The notes under the pieces were generated by a model, which was not told the DNA's origin, did not search any database, and saw only the letters and a list, made by a program, of their open reading frames with translations. The position numbers and the translations under genes are program-made. 64,000 nt of DNA, taken from contig NW_015169777.1 of the NCBI RefSeq assembly GCF_001447785.1, positions 995,524 to 1,059,523 on the forward strand, in the 5' to 3' direction. Positions 1 through 10,200 of this stretch are shown here, in pieces. Position 1 is the first letter of the stretch; every line of letters starts with the position of its first letter. This DNA is from Gekko japonicus (lineage: Eukaryota).

Positions 1-6
1 GCCTCC

Positions 7-819
7 ATGGAAGCAATGGAGAAGAGAATGACAGAGGCAATACAAGCCATGGGGGAGCAGATAGAAAAAACATTGGGGGACCAACTGGAGAAGCAAACTC
101 AGATTCATCTGAAACATCTAGAAGAAGTCCAAGAGAAGAACATAACAGCATTGAAGGAATTGGTTACTACAGAAATAACTTCAATCAAGCAAGAAATGGA
201 AGGAGTTAAGAAGGATGTTCAAGCAAATGCAACCAAGACTACAGAGACAGAGGAGAAGATACAAAAAATAGAAGAGAAACAAGATTCTTTGACTCAACAA
301 ATTACAAGATCAGAGACAATGATGGAGTTCAGAAGGATGCAGACTCATCTGAGATTCAGAGGCATTAAGGAAACAGAGAATGAGAACTTAAAAGAAAAAA
401 TGATGGAAGTGATAACGGCTTTTCTGGGCGAGGAGGAAGGGTCAATGGACTCAGACTTTGATTTGATTTATAGAGTGAACTCCAGAATTGCAGAAAAGAA
501 GAATTTACCAAGGGATGTAATTGTACAATTTGTAACAAGATCAATAACAGAGGAGATATTCAAGAAGCAATTCAACGTCCCTTTTGTAATAGAGGGAAAC
601 AAAATTATGGTGATGAGAGAACTCCCAAGAACAATACTGCAAGACAGGAAAAGGTATAAATCCTTGGCGGACAAACTCAGAGCTTTGAGCATCAGATATA
701 GATGGGAGATTCCACAAGGTTTATCCTTTACGTATCAAGGTGGGAGGATTCAGATCAGATCGATGATGGACTTTTATAAATTTAAGGCGGACAATGCGGA
801 CGTCTTTGGAGAACTTTAA
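7..819 (+). CDS. LINE-1 (L1/Tx1 clade) ORF1p; may extend upstream of the window
   Basis: Long coiled coil followed by the RRM/CTD region typical of L1 ORF1p (HLRFRGIKE...IYRVNS...PRDVIVQF...RELPR..LQDRK...YRWEIP). The frame is open back to base 1. Confidence 0.88.
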   Translation: MEAMEKRMTEAIQAMGEQIEKTLGDQLEKQTQIHLKHLEEVQEKNITALKELVTTEITSIKQEMEGVKKDVQANATKTTETEEKIQKIEEKQDSLTQQITRSETMMEFRRMQTHLRFRGIKETENENLKEKMMEVITAFLGEEEGSMDSDFDLIYRVNSRIAEKKNLPRDVIVQFVTRSITEEIFKKQFNVPFVIEGNKIMVMRELPRTILQDRKRYKSLADKLRALSIRYRWEIPQGLSFTYQGGRIQIRSMMDFYKFKADNADVFGEL

Positions 820-832
820 AATAAAACGCATA

Positions 833-3800
833 ATGGAGTACAAATTGTTGTCATGGAATGTTAATGGATTAAATTCACCAAACAAGAGGAAAAGAATCAA
901 TCATTGGATACAGAAACAGAAATGCAACGTGATATGCTTGCAAGAAACACATATTAGAAAACAGGATATAAAATATTTAAAGAATGCTTTATTTGGAATT
1001 GAATTTTGTTCTGCGGCCTCAAACAAGAAAAAAGGAGTTGTGACATATGTGAAGAAGGAGTTACAACCTACAGAAATTTTTAAGGACATAGATGGCAGAT
1101 ACGTGGGTGTGGAATTAATGATTCAGCAGAAAAAAACATTGTTGATCAACGTGTACGCACCCAATGGAGCAAAGGAAAAATTTTTTAAGGATATAACTGA
1201 CCAATTACAACAATTGACTTATGAGCAAGTTATTATGGCCGGAGACTTTAATGGGACAATAGATCGTCTAGACAGAAAACCACAAAAGGACAACGAATTC
1301 AGCGGAAAATTGCCAAAGAATTTTTTTGAATTAGTTAAGCAAGAAAAATTAGAAGATGTTTGGAGGAAATGGAACCCGATGCAGAAAGACTTTACTTTTT
1401 ATTCCAATAGACATTGCTCTTTTTCCAGAATTGATATGATTTGGATGTCTGAAGAATTATCAATGAAAACACATAAGACTGAAATTTTGCCAAGATGTAA
1501 TTCAGATCACAATCCGGTGGTATGGAGTTCCACAGAAAGGAAAAAACCCTTTCTGTGGAGGATTAATGAAGACTTGTTGGATAAGAAAACGGTAATTGAG
1601 ATGTTAAAGGAAGAAACGAAACAATTCTTTCAACAAAATTTAAATAAAGAAACACCGATACAGATTGTATGGGATGCTTATAAAGCGGTGATGAGAGGAA
1701 TTCTCATCTCGCAAAACGTGAAGCAAAAAAAGGAAAAACTTCAAAAACAAACAGAAGTGTTAGAAAAAATTGCTCAGAAAGAAAAGGAATTAAAAAAGAA
1801 GCCTGGAAAAAAGCAAATTATTAAAGAATTAAAGTTGCTGAAGGAACAACTGAATGAGACTTGGAATCAGGAAATGTATTGGAATTTAAAGAAGTTACAA
1901 CAGAAATCTTTTGAAGGGGCGAACAAACCGGGAAAATACTTAGCTTGGCAACTTAAGGCTAGAAGAGAGAGAAGAATGATAACCAAAATAATAGAAGATG
2001 GAAAAGAGTTCGTTGATCCTAATGGAATAAAGAGATGTTTCTTCAAGTATTATGCTAAACTATTCCAAACAACTAGAGTTGATCTTGAGAAGATTAAAAC
2101 ATATTTAAAGGAGATTCCACTACCAAAAATAAGTAAGGAATACAAAGATTTATTAAATGGTCCAATTCAAAAAGAAGAAGTGATGAAGGCAATAGAAGAG
2201 ACAAAGTTGGGGAAGGCGCCTGGGCCGGACGGATTTACAGCGAAATTCTACAAAAAGATGAAAGAAGAAATTTCCCCGGTCCTGGAAGCTTTAACCAACG
2301 AAATAAGAGAAAACAAAAAGGTGCCGGACTCATGGAAAGAAGCAATTATTTCTTTGATTCCAAAGGAAGGACAAGATTCAACAAATGTAAAGAACTACAG
2401 GCCAATATCTCTTTTGAACAACGATTATAAAATCTTTGCAAAAATTATTGCAGAAAGGGTGAAAAACTATTTACAAACGGTAATTTCTGAAGATCAAGCG
2501 GGCTTTTTACCCAAAAGGCAGATTAGAGACAATGTAAGAATAGTAATGGACGCAATTGAATATTATGAAAAGCACCCAGAAAAAGAAGTAGCTTTTCTGT
2601 TTGTTGATGCAGAAAAAGCTTTTGACAATCTTAATTGGAATTTTATGCACCAGATGATGGAAAAGATTGAAGCGGGACAACATTTTAGAAATTGTATTGA
2701 AGCTATCTATTCTGAACAAAGAGCTAAAATAAATGTGAATAAAGAACTGACAGATAACTTCAAAGTACAGAAAGGAACAAGGCAAGGTTGTCCGTTATCA
2801 CCGTTATTATTTATCTGGGTATTGGAAATACTTTTACAAAAAATACAGTACGATCAAGAAATAAAGGGCTTGACACATAAAGGACACCAATACAAATATC
2901 GAGCATTTGCAGACGATGTAATGTTTATGGTGGAAAACCCAACAGAAAAATTGACATTGCTTTTTCAAAAAATAAAGGAGTTTGGAGAATTGGCCGGCTT
3001 TTACGTAAATAAGAATAAAACAAAACTTATATGTAAAAACATGATCAAACAAAAACAAGTGGAACTACAAGAACTGGTACAATGTGAAGTAGTTAAAAAA
3101 ACAAAATACCTTGGAATTGAATTAACGGCAAAAAATATAGACCTATATAAGAATAATTATGAGAAATTATGGACTAAGCTGACTCAAGATTTTAAGAAAT
3201 GGGATAAAATGAACTTATCACTGATGGGAAGAATATCAGTTATAAAAATGAATGTCCTACCACGTTTGATGTTCCTGTTCCAAACAATACCAATTCTGCA
3301 TAAAACGGATTTGTTGGCCAAGTGGCAACAAGAGTTGTCAAAATTTGTTTGGGCAGGCAAGAAACCAAGGATCAAAATGAAAATACTTTGTGATGCCAAA
3401 GAAAGAGGAGGTCTACAAATGCCAAATCTTAGACTATATTATGAAGCGGTTTGTCTAACATGGATGGATCAATGGGTGAAGCTTGAAAATGACAGATTGT
3501 TGGGGTTGGAAGGGCATGATTGTAGATTTGGCTGGCATGCATATTTATGGTATGACAAGATAAAAATGGACAGTTTTTTTAAACTTCACTTGGTGAGAAA
3601 AGCTTTGTATATGGTATGGACAAGATATAAGAAGTACCAGAGTGACTTAAGACCATTGTGGATTGTACCAGTAGAAGTGTTGATATCTTACTCAAGACAG
3701 CGAGGTAGAGACTGGTTGCCATATAGAGATTTAATTAAAAAAGAGGGAACAGAGTGGGTAATGAAAAAGCAGAATGAAATTGAATATGAATATGAGTGGT

Positions 3801-4585
3801 TGAAATATATGCAGATTTATGATCTTTTTAGATCTGACAAAAAAAACTATGGTTTTAGAGAGGAAAAAAATGAAATTGAAAAGGTATGGGAGAGTGGAGG
3901 AGGAAAAAATATTTCTAAAATGTATAAGGTGTTGTTAAAATGGTATACTGAAGATGAAACTGTTAAAGAACAAATGTTAAAATGGGCTATTAATATGAAT
4001 AAGGAAGTGGCTATGGAAACCTGGGAATATTTGTGGAAAAATTCTATTAAGATCTCGACATGTACTAATGTTAAAGAAAATTGTTATAAGATGATGTATA
4101 GGTGGTACATGACACCTAAGAAAATTGCAAATATGAATCAAAATATGTCAAACAAATGCTGGAAATGTAAGAGGCATGAGGGCTCATTTTATCATATGTG
4201 GTGGACTTGTGAGAAAGCTGTAGACTTTTGGACAAAAGTCCACAATGAAATGCAAAAAATATTGAAATGTTCTTTTAAAAAAGCACCGGAAATTCTGCTT
4301 TTGGGACTTAAAATGGAAGAAGTCAATACGACTAAAAAGACTTTACTCTGGTACCTGATAGTGACAGCGAGAATGATTTATGCTCAGTTTTGGAAGACAG
4401 AAAAGGTACCAGAGGTTGAAGAATGGATACAAAAAGTTCTGTTCATGGCACAAATGGATAAGATTACAAAAAAATTGAATAACAAAGAAGACGATGAGTT
4501 TTTTGGAGAATGGAATGACTTTAAAATTTATCTGGAAAAGAACTGGGATGTGAAACAAAACTTAATATGTTTAGATCAATATTAA
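833..4585 (+). CDS. LINE-1 ORF2p (APE endonuclease, reverse transcriptase, CCHC), uninterrupted, about 1250 aa
   Basis: Endonuclease motifs SWNVNGL, LQETH, GDFN, SRID, SDH; RT motifs KAPGPDG, YRPISLLN, DAEKAFD, GTRQGCPLSP, FADD, KYLG; C-terminal CWKC..H.WW.C. Likely start is ATG 833 (MEYKLLSWNV). Confidence 0.95.
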   Translation: MEYKLLSWNVNGLNSPNKRKRINHWIQKQKCNVICLQETHIRKQDIKYLKNALFGIEFCSAASNKKKGVVTYVKKELQPTEIFKDIDGRYVGVELMIQQKKTLLINVYAPNGAKEKFFKDITDQLQQLTYEQVIMAGDFNGTIDRLDRKPQKDNEFSGKLPKNFFELVKQEKLEDVWRKWNPMQKDFTFYSNRHCSFSRIDMIWMSEELSMKTHKTEILPRCNSDHNPVVWSSTERKKPFLWRINEDLLDKKTVIEMLKEETKQFFQQNLNKETPIQIVWDAYKAVMRGILISQNVKQKKEKLQKQTEVLEKIAQKEKELKKKPGKKQIIKELKLLKEQLNETWNQEMYWNLKKLQQKSFEGANKPGKYLAWQLKARRERRMITKIIEDGKEFVDPNGIKRCFFKYYAKLFQTTRVDLEKIKTYLKEIPLPKISKEYKDLLNGPIQKEEVMKAIEETKLGKAPGPDGFTAKFYKKMKEEISPVLEALTNEIRENKKVPDSWKEAIISLIPKEGQDSTNVKNYRPISLLNNDYKIFAKIIAERVKNYLQTVISEDQAGFLPKRQIRDNVRIVMDAIEYYEKHPEKEVAFLFVDAEKAFDNLNWNFMHQMMEKIEAGQHFRNCIEAIYSEQRAKINVNKELTDNFKVQKGTRQGCPLSPLLFIWVLEILLQKIQYDQEIKGLTHKGHQYKYRAFADDVMFMVENPTEKLTLLFQKIKEFGELAGFYVNKNKTKLICKNMIKQKQVELQELVQCEVVKKTKYLGIELTAKNIDLYKNNYEKLWTKLTQDFKKWDKMNLSLMGRISVIKMNVLPRLMFLFQTIPILHKTDLLAKWQQELSKFVWAGKKPRIKMKILCDAKERGGLQMPNLRLYYEAVCLTWMDQWVKLENDRLLGLEGHDCRFGWHAYLWYDKIKMDSFFKLHLVRKALYMVWTRYKKYQSDLRPLWIVPVEVLISYSRQRGRDWLPYRDLIKKEGTEWVMKKQNEIEYEYEWLKYMQIYDLFRSDKKNYGFREEKNEIEKVWESGGGKNISKMYKVLLKWYTEDETVKEQMLKWAINMNKEVAMETWEYLWKNSIKISTCTNVKENCYKMMYRWYMTPKKIANMNQNMSNKCWKCKRHEGSFYHMWWTCEKAVDFWTKVHNEMQKILKCSFKKAPEILLLGLKMEEVNTTKKTLLWYLIVTARMIYAQFWKTEKVPEVEEWIQKVLFMAQMDKITKKLNNKEDDEFFGEWNDFKIYLEKNWDVKQNLICLDQY

Positions 4586-4778
4586 GTCAAATGATGTTAT
4601 CTTTAGATTGTAATGATGAGAAACTGATATTGTTGATGATATGAAGTAATTTGGAGCAGGGGTGGAAGCATTGTGGGAAGCCATTGGAGGGAGGGGAGGA
4701 ACTGGGAATGGGGTAGACAATTGATAGAATGAAAAGTTTTATATGTTGTATTCCTGAGAAAATAAAATTTGTTTACCA

Positions 4779-5070
4779 TAGTTGGCCATCCGACCACGCT
4801 TCTTTCATCATTTTTCACGCCCGATCTCCTGCGCTTGACCCAGTTAGCTTCACTTGTACCATTCAGTCTCTTGGCTGGAAGAACCACTGGAGCAAAGGGG
4901 TGCCTCGATTCTCTGGCATTCCGCCATCGAAGAGGCTACCCCCTCAGAGCTCCCTGGCCAGGGCCCCTTGGGGGGGGGTTACGAGCCTGCTTGCCCCCTC
5001 CTTCCGCCGGAGCACGGAGACACCCCCGGGAGGTGAGTCCGCAAGCATGCCGCCATCAACCGGAAGTCCG
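4779..5070 (-). mobile_element. CpG-rich LINE-1-like 5' terminus/5' UTR in inverted orientation
   Basis: The minus strand begins CGGACTTCCGGTTGATGGCGG (ETS-like and YY1-like motifs typical of non-mammalian L1 5' ends). CpG-rich, with sharp boundaries against the flanking L1 sequence. Confidence 0.6.
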
Positions 5071-5862
5071 GGCATACACAGAGTATCATACGAAACCCTC
5101 ATACGGCCACAAAACGCGGGTGGCCTAGCTCTCCCGGACCTGCAATTATACCATAATGCTGCAATCTTGTTAGGCCTACTAAAACTCTATAACTCTTCCT
5201 TTAACTCAGATTGGAAAGCCATAGAAGAAATTCACTTGAATGCTATTCCTCTCCAATCCCTACTATGGGAAACCAGTTCTAGTAGACCGTCTTCAATACT
5301 TCGAAACAACTTTCTCTCCACCTTAATGGCAATCTGGGATAAAAGAAAAAACATCTTAGCCCCATCTATCTCGCCCATGACAACTTTTACTAATGTCTCC
5401 TGGTTTACCCCAGGGCAAGCGCGCTCGACATTTACAACATGGAAAGAGAACTGTATCAACAGTCTTCACACAATCATCTCCAACAAAGATATCAAAAAGA
5501 AAGATCTTCTTGAAAGTGAACACAACTGCTCTTTACCGTGGTTCGAATACACTCAAGTTACTCACTTGATTGAGTCTATGAAGAAGCAATCAGATCTCAA
5601 TAGACCACTTACCCCCTTTGAGCGGTTGCTAAAGCTTAACAAAAATTCGTTCAAAAGTTACATCTCATATATCTATGCAGACCTCCTTCACTCTCAATCT
5701 ACTAAAACTTTAAGTTATCAAGAGGCCTGGCAAACAGATTGTGACACTACATTCCTACCTTCCGACTGGGAAGAAATCTGGTCATCCCCATCACTCAGGT
5801 CCCACTCATTAAATATTCAATTCCAAAGCTACAAAATCCTTACCAGATGGTATCTCACACCC

Positions 5863-7406
5863 ATCCACTCCAGTCCGGCTTTCGCCCTGGCAACGGGATG
5901 GAGACGGTGCTGGTTGCCCTTACTGACGATCTCCGGAGGCATCTGGATCGAGGCGGTGTGGTGGCACTGTTGTTGTTAGATCTGTCAGCTGCGTTTGACG
6001 CGGTTGACCACCAGTTGCTGACCACCGCCTCGCTGACGTGGGGATACAGGGACTCACTCTTCAATGGCTTGCCTCTTTTCTCCAGGGTCGTGGACAGAGG
6101 ACAGAGGAGCAGCAGTCCCGGAGGCACCCATTGGAATGTGGTGTGCCTCAGGGGGCGGTGCTCTCCCCGATGTTGTTCAACATCTACATGCGCCCCCTCG
6201 CCCAAATTGCCAGGAGGTATGGGCTGGGGTGTCATCAATATGCAGATGACACTCAGCTCTATCTGATGTTGGGTGGCCGGTCGGGCTCCGACCCAGAAGA
6301 TCTGAACAGGGGATTACAGGCTGTGGCGGGGTGGCTCAGGCTGAGCCGGCTGAAACTAAACCCAGCGAAGACGGAGGTCCTGTGCCTGAGCCGGAATGGT
6401 TCGGGGTTGGGGCTCCCTCTCCCGTCCTTCGATGGGGTGCCTCTGGTGCCAGCATCAGAGGTTAGGAGTTTGGGAGTGCTCCTGGATCCCTCCTTAACTA
6501 TGGAGGCCCAGGTGGCAGCCACTGCCAGATCTGCTTTTTACCATCTGAGGCAGATTCGGCAGTTGACCCCCTTCCTCGACCGCGATGACCTGGCTACAGT
6601 GATCCATGCGATGGTCACTTCAAGGCTAGACTACTGTAACGCTCTCTACATGGGGCTGCCTTTGTCACAGATCCGGAAGCTGCAGCTAGTGCAGAATGTG
6701 GTGGCCAGGCTGCTGATGGGTCTCCCCAAGTGGGAGCACATTCAGCCTGGGTTGAAAGCACTGCACTGGCTGCCAATAGCATACCGAATCCGCTTCAAAG
6801 TACTGGTACTCACCTTTAAAGCCCTACATGGCCAGGGTCCGACTTACCTGAGGGACTGCCTTTCCCCATATATACCCCCAAGAGCACTTCGGTCGGGGAC
6901 CCAACACCCCCTGGTGATCCCAGGCCCCCGGGAGGTAAAGCTTGCTGCAACCAGGGCTAGATCCTTTTCAGTGGCGGCCCCTACCTGGTGGAACGAGCTC
7001 CCGAAGATCAGGGCTCTGCGGGACCTTATGCAGTTCCGCAGGGCCTGCAAGACGGAGCTCTTCCGCCAGGCTTTCACATAGGGGCTGCCACTGCCACCAC
7101 CACCAATGGTGGTGATACAATCGGGATTAGGAATCGCACTTGGAAGTTCCGCCATAAATTGCATGGCACTGATAATGTGGGATTGGTTCGAACTATATGC
7201 TGGACAGTGCCACCCCAATGGGGAGGATTGAGGACGCCATCAAAACCACTCAAGACCGCCTTGTTTACAGAAAGCACTTTATTATTGTTATTGTTACTAG
7301 TATTCATGATTTTACTGTTTTTGTGTATGAACTCATGCCCCTTGTAAGCCGCCCTGAGCCCGCTCGCGGGGAGGGCGGGGTAAAAATGCCTAAATAAATA
7401 AATAAA
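5863..7406 (+). mobile_element. L2-clade LINE, 5'-truncated
   Basis: [52 protein letters not shown] motifs; 3' stem-loop TGTAAGCCGCCCTGAG...GGGCGGG and (TAAA)n tail. Confidence 0.9.
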
Positions 7407-7691
7407 ATCTCCAATTCAAATTCCCCTCTATGCTGGAGATCTTGTGGGCAGCGGGGTACTTTTATGCACTGTTGGTGGTCAAGCGTTTTTGTACAACAAT
7501 TTTGGTCCAAAGTAGTCTTATCTATCAAAGATATTACAGGTTATTTAATCCCTATGCAACCTGACCTTATTTTACTAGACTATTGGGCAGACTCTCATAT
7601 ACCCAAAATTAGGCAAGACCTCATATCAGTTTTATTAACGGCTGCAAAGGTTATCATTGCCAGTTGTTGGAAATCCCCAAATAGGCTATTA

Positions 7692-7976
7692 CTGTTTGGT
7701 GTAGCGGTTAAGTGTGCGGACTCTAACCTGGGAGAACCGGGCTTGATTCCCCACTCCTCCACTTGCACCTGGCTGGATGACCTTGGGCAAGCCGTAGCTC
7801 TGATAAGAGCTGTTCTTGAAAAAGAGCAGTTTCTCCAAGAGCTCTCTCAGCCCCACCTACCTCACAGGGTGTCTGTTGTGGGGAGGGGAAGGGAAATGAG
7901 TTTGTAAGTCACTCTGAGACACCTTTGGGTAGTGAAGGGCGGGGTATAAATCCAATCTCTTCTCTTCTTCTCTTCT
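7692..7976 (+). mobile_element. tRNA-derived SINE (Squam3-like)
   Basis: A box TGGTGTAGCGG, B box GGCTTGATTCCC, L2-like 3' end, CT-rich tail; near-identical copies at 11077 and 47920. Confidence 0.85.
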
Positions 7977-8309
7977 CATGGCGTTTGAAAATATGGGATT
8001 ATTACGCCATGGATAAAATATCCGATGTAACAGTTAATTCAAACCTCTCACGTAAAAACCCTAATCTTCATTTGAAATGGTTCCCTTTTCTTGAACATTA
8101 TGTTTAATTCTGAGTTCTCTAAATTCAGTGTTCCTAAAAAGTATTATGACGTTTTTCACCACATGTAATCTATTTCGAAGTTTGTATAAACTTATGCAGT
8201 TACCTTGTTGAGTTCTATTGTTGTTGACAACCATGAAAGTTTGTGTATTGTTTAAGTTGAAATAAAATAAAAAATTTAAATTAAAAAAATAAAATAAAAT
8301 CTCTAAGAT

Positions 8310-8660
8310 GATTATGAACTTTCTGCCAGTATTGCTGTGTTATATGGCACCTCCACCAATTGTGGTAGAAGGTGCCCACATTGTTTTTACATTTCCAGCA
8401 GTTTTTTCATAAGTTTGCATAGCATTTTGCCACCTTATCCAGTGACTAATGCCACCTGTGAAACATTTTGTACACATTTTCCTTATATGGAATTGATCTT
8501 AAAGTGTCTATATCTATAGTATGACCCATATCCTGCATCCACGTGACCATTGAACATTTCACTATTTCATCGCATTCATATTCATCAAGGAGAAAATTAT
8601 ATAACTTCTGTATAAGCTTATCATTTGTAGATAGCCATAGCTTATCTAGGTCTGTTTTTC
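8310..8660 (-). mobile_element. Degraded LINE-1 ORF2 C-terminal fragment
   Basis: Minus-strand translation LYNFLLDEYECDEIVK..MVTWMQD...KENVYKMFHRWH*...NCWKCKNNVGTFYHNWWRC, with stops. Confidence 0.7.
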
Positions 8661-8680
8661 CTCTACTTAAAAAAAAAAAA

Positions 8681-9060
8681 GCCAGGCTTCACGTTGTTGA
8701 AGGGCTCTGATTTCCTCTTGTGCCATTAGTCCCATTTCTGTCACCGTATCAGCTAGCTGTGTAGTTTGCTCTAAGCCACTTCTTAGTTCATTTATCTGGT
8801 CTGTGATGGGTTTTAAGAGGAGAGACATCTCCTCTAAGATCTCGGTCTTCACGGAGAGTAAGGCTTCTATTATATCTTTGTTTTGTAATGGGAGCTGCGT
8901 CCTGTGAGGCAGTGGAATCCTCAGTGGCCATTTTAAAATCTGATTTCCTTCCTGCGGCAGGTTTCCCTTGCGTGAAGTATGAGTTGACAAGAGTGGGATC
9001 TTACTGTGGAGCTTGTGATTCTCGATCTCCTTTACTTCCCATGACCTTAGCTGTTGTCCT
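8681..9060 (-). mobile_element. Degraded LINE-1 ORF1 N-terminal/coiled-coil fragment
   Basis: KMATEDS...(frameshift)...DIIEALLSVKTEILEEMSLLLKPITDQINELRSGLEQ heptad pattern. Confidence 0.55.
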
Positions 9061-9438
9061 TGAGTCTCCTATTATTCAAATAAATTGTTACAGTCTGGGA
9101 TGGGGTTGGGAGCTCAGGCTTTAGGCTTCTATCTTCATGACAGTTGAAGCTGTCTCTCTTTACATGCGCGCCGTTTTGTGAATGGTGTAAATTCTTGACC
9201 TTGGAGACATTCAAAAAGCGAATTCTCTTTTTTTGCTTTATCCCACATCTTTGCAGCTATTATACTGATGTGACATTAGAGAATCAATCTTTGTGTTTTT
9301 TAAAATACAGGCTTATGCCATTTAGAGCATCCCCACTACCAGCACCAAGCCTAGTTGGAGGTCTGTGCTGCTAATCCTCTGTTCTGGATTTTGTGTTGAA
9401 ATCCTTGAAAGCAAATTTGTTTTCTTGCTGTCTTCCAG

Positions 9439-9585
9439 CCTCCTGCCCCGACTCCTTCCAAAAGCAGCTGGTCACACAAGAAAACAATGAACTCTATCAC
9501 TGTGTGATTTACCTGGCACCTGGAGATTACCACTGTTTCCATTCACCCACTGACTGGACAGTGTCTCATCGGCGTCACTTCCCAG
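9439..9585 (+). CDS. PISD: Phosphatidylserine decarboxylase, third-to-last coding exon
   Basis: ag|...[44 protein letters not shown]|gtagg; matches vertebrate PISD, including the catalytic-His region. Confidence 0.96.
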
Positions 9586-9949
9586 GTAGGCTTCGTTTTA
9601 GAGGTGGGAGACACAGAGCCAGTATGTCATTGAGAAAGTCTTTCGGGGCACTATGAAAAATAGTGTACTGGAGACACATGCTTTATCACTTGGCTATCCC
9701 AGGTGTTGAATTGCTTGGAGAACTCTAATGCTTCTTCGGCAGCATGGATCTGGGAGACAGGTTTATTATTGTGTAATGCAAAGAAGCTTTCTTGAAATGT
9801 CTGGGTGACCCCAGAACATCTGAAGTCTCTACCCCTTTTCCTGAGGTCTGCAATACCACATTTAGAAGTGATGCTGTCAGCTTATCACACACCCAGCAAC
9901 TCATATACACTGGGTCTCAGTTGCTTCTCATGCAACTTTAGTACACCAG

Positions 9950-10200
9950 ACATAGAATCATAGAGTTAGAAGGGGTCATCAGGGTCATCTAGTCCAACCC
10001 CCTGCACAATGCAGGAAATTCACAAATGCCTCCCCCCTCCACCCCTGCAGTGACCGCTTTTCCATGCCCAGAAGATGACAAAAACCCTCCAGGATCTCCA
10101 GCCAAACTGGCCTGGAGAAAAATTGCTTCCTGACCCCAAAGTGGCGATCAGCATTTTCCTGGGCATGTAAGAAAGGACCACAAGAACTTTGCACTGAGGC
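9950..10200 (-). mobile_element. CR1-type 3' end / CR1-tailed repeat
   Basis: CATAGAATCATAGAGTTAGAAGGG...CATCTAGTCCAACCCC is the reverse complement of the CR1 terminus with its (ATTCTATG) tail. Confidence 0.6.

Larger units (their letters stand above)
1..4778 (+). mobile_element. Young LINE-1 element (ORF1 + ORF2 + 3' UTR) in a PISD intron, same orientation as PISD
   Basis: Two open ORFs 13 bp apart, G-rich 3' UTR tract (4689-4713), AATAAA at 4761-4766; no poly(A) tail visible. Confidence 0.92.
5071..8300 (+). mobile_element. Older LINE-1 3' portion (ORF2 C-terminus and 3' UTR), split by an L2 (5863-7406) and a SINE (7692-7976)
   Basis: HRVSYETLIRPQNAGGLALPDLQLYH...YKILTRWYLTP (to 5862); resumes KISNSNSPLCWRSCGQRGTFMHCWW...WKSPNRL after the L2; resumes SWRLKIWDYYAMDK...WFPFLEHYV* (stop 8107) after the SINE; A-rich tail 8259-8299. 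Confidence 0.85.

Noticed and set aside
4729-5979. 416-aa ORF as a novel gene
   Set aside because: Chance read-through across the young L1 3' UTR, the inverted 5' block, the old L1 ORF2 and an off-frame L2 start.
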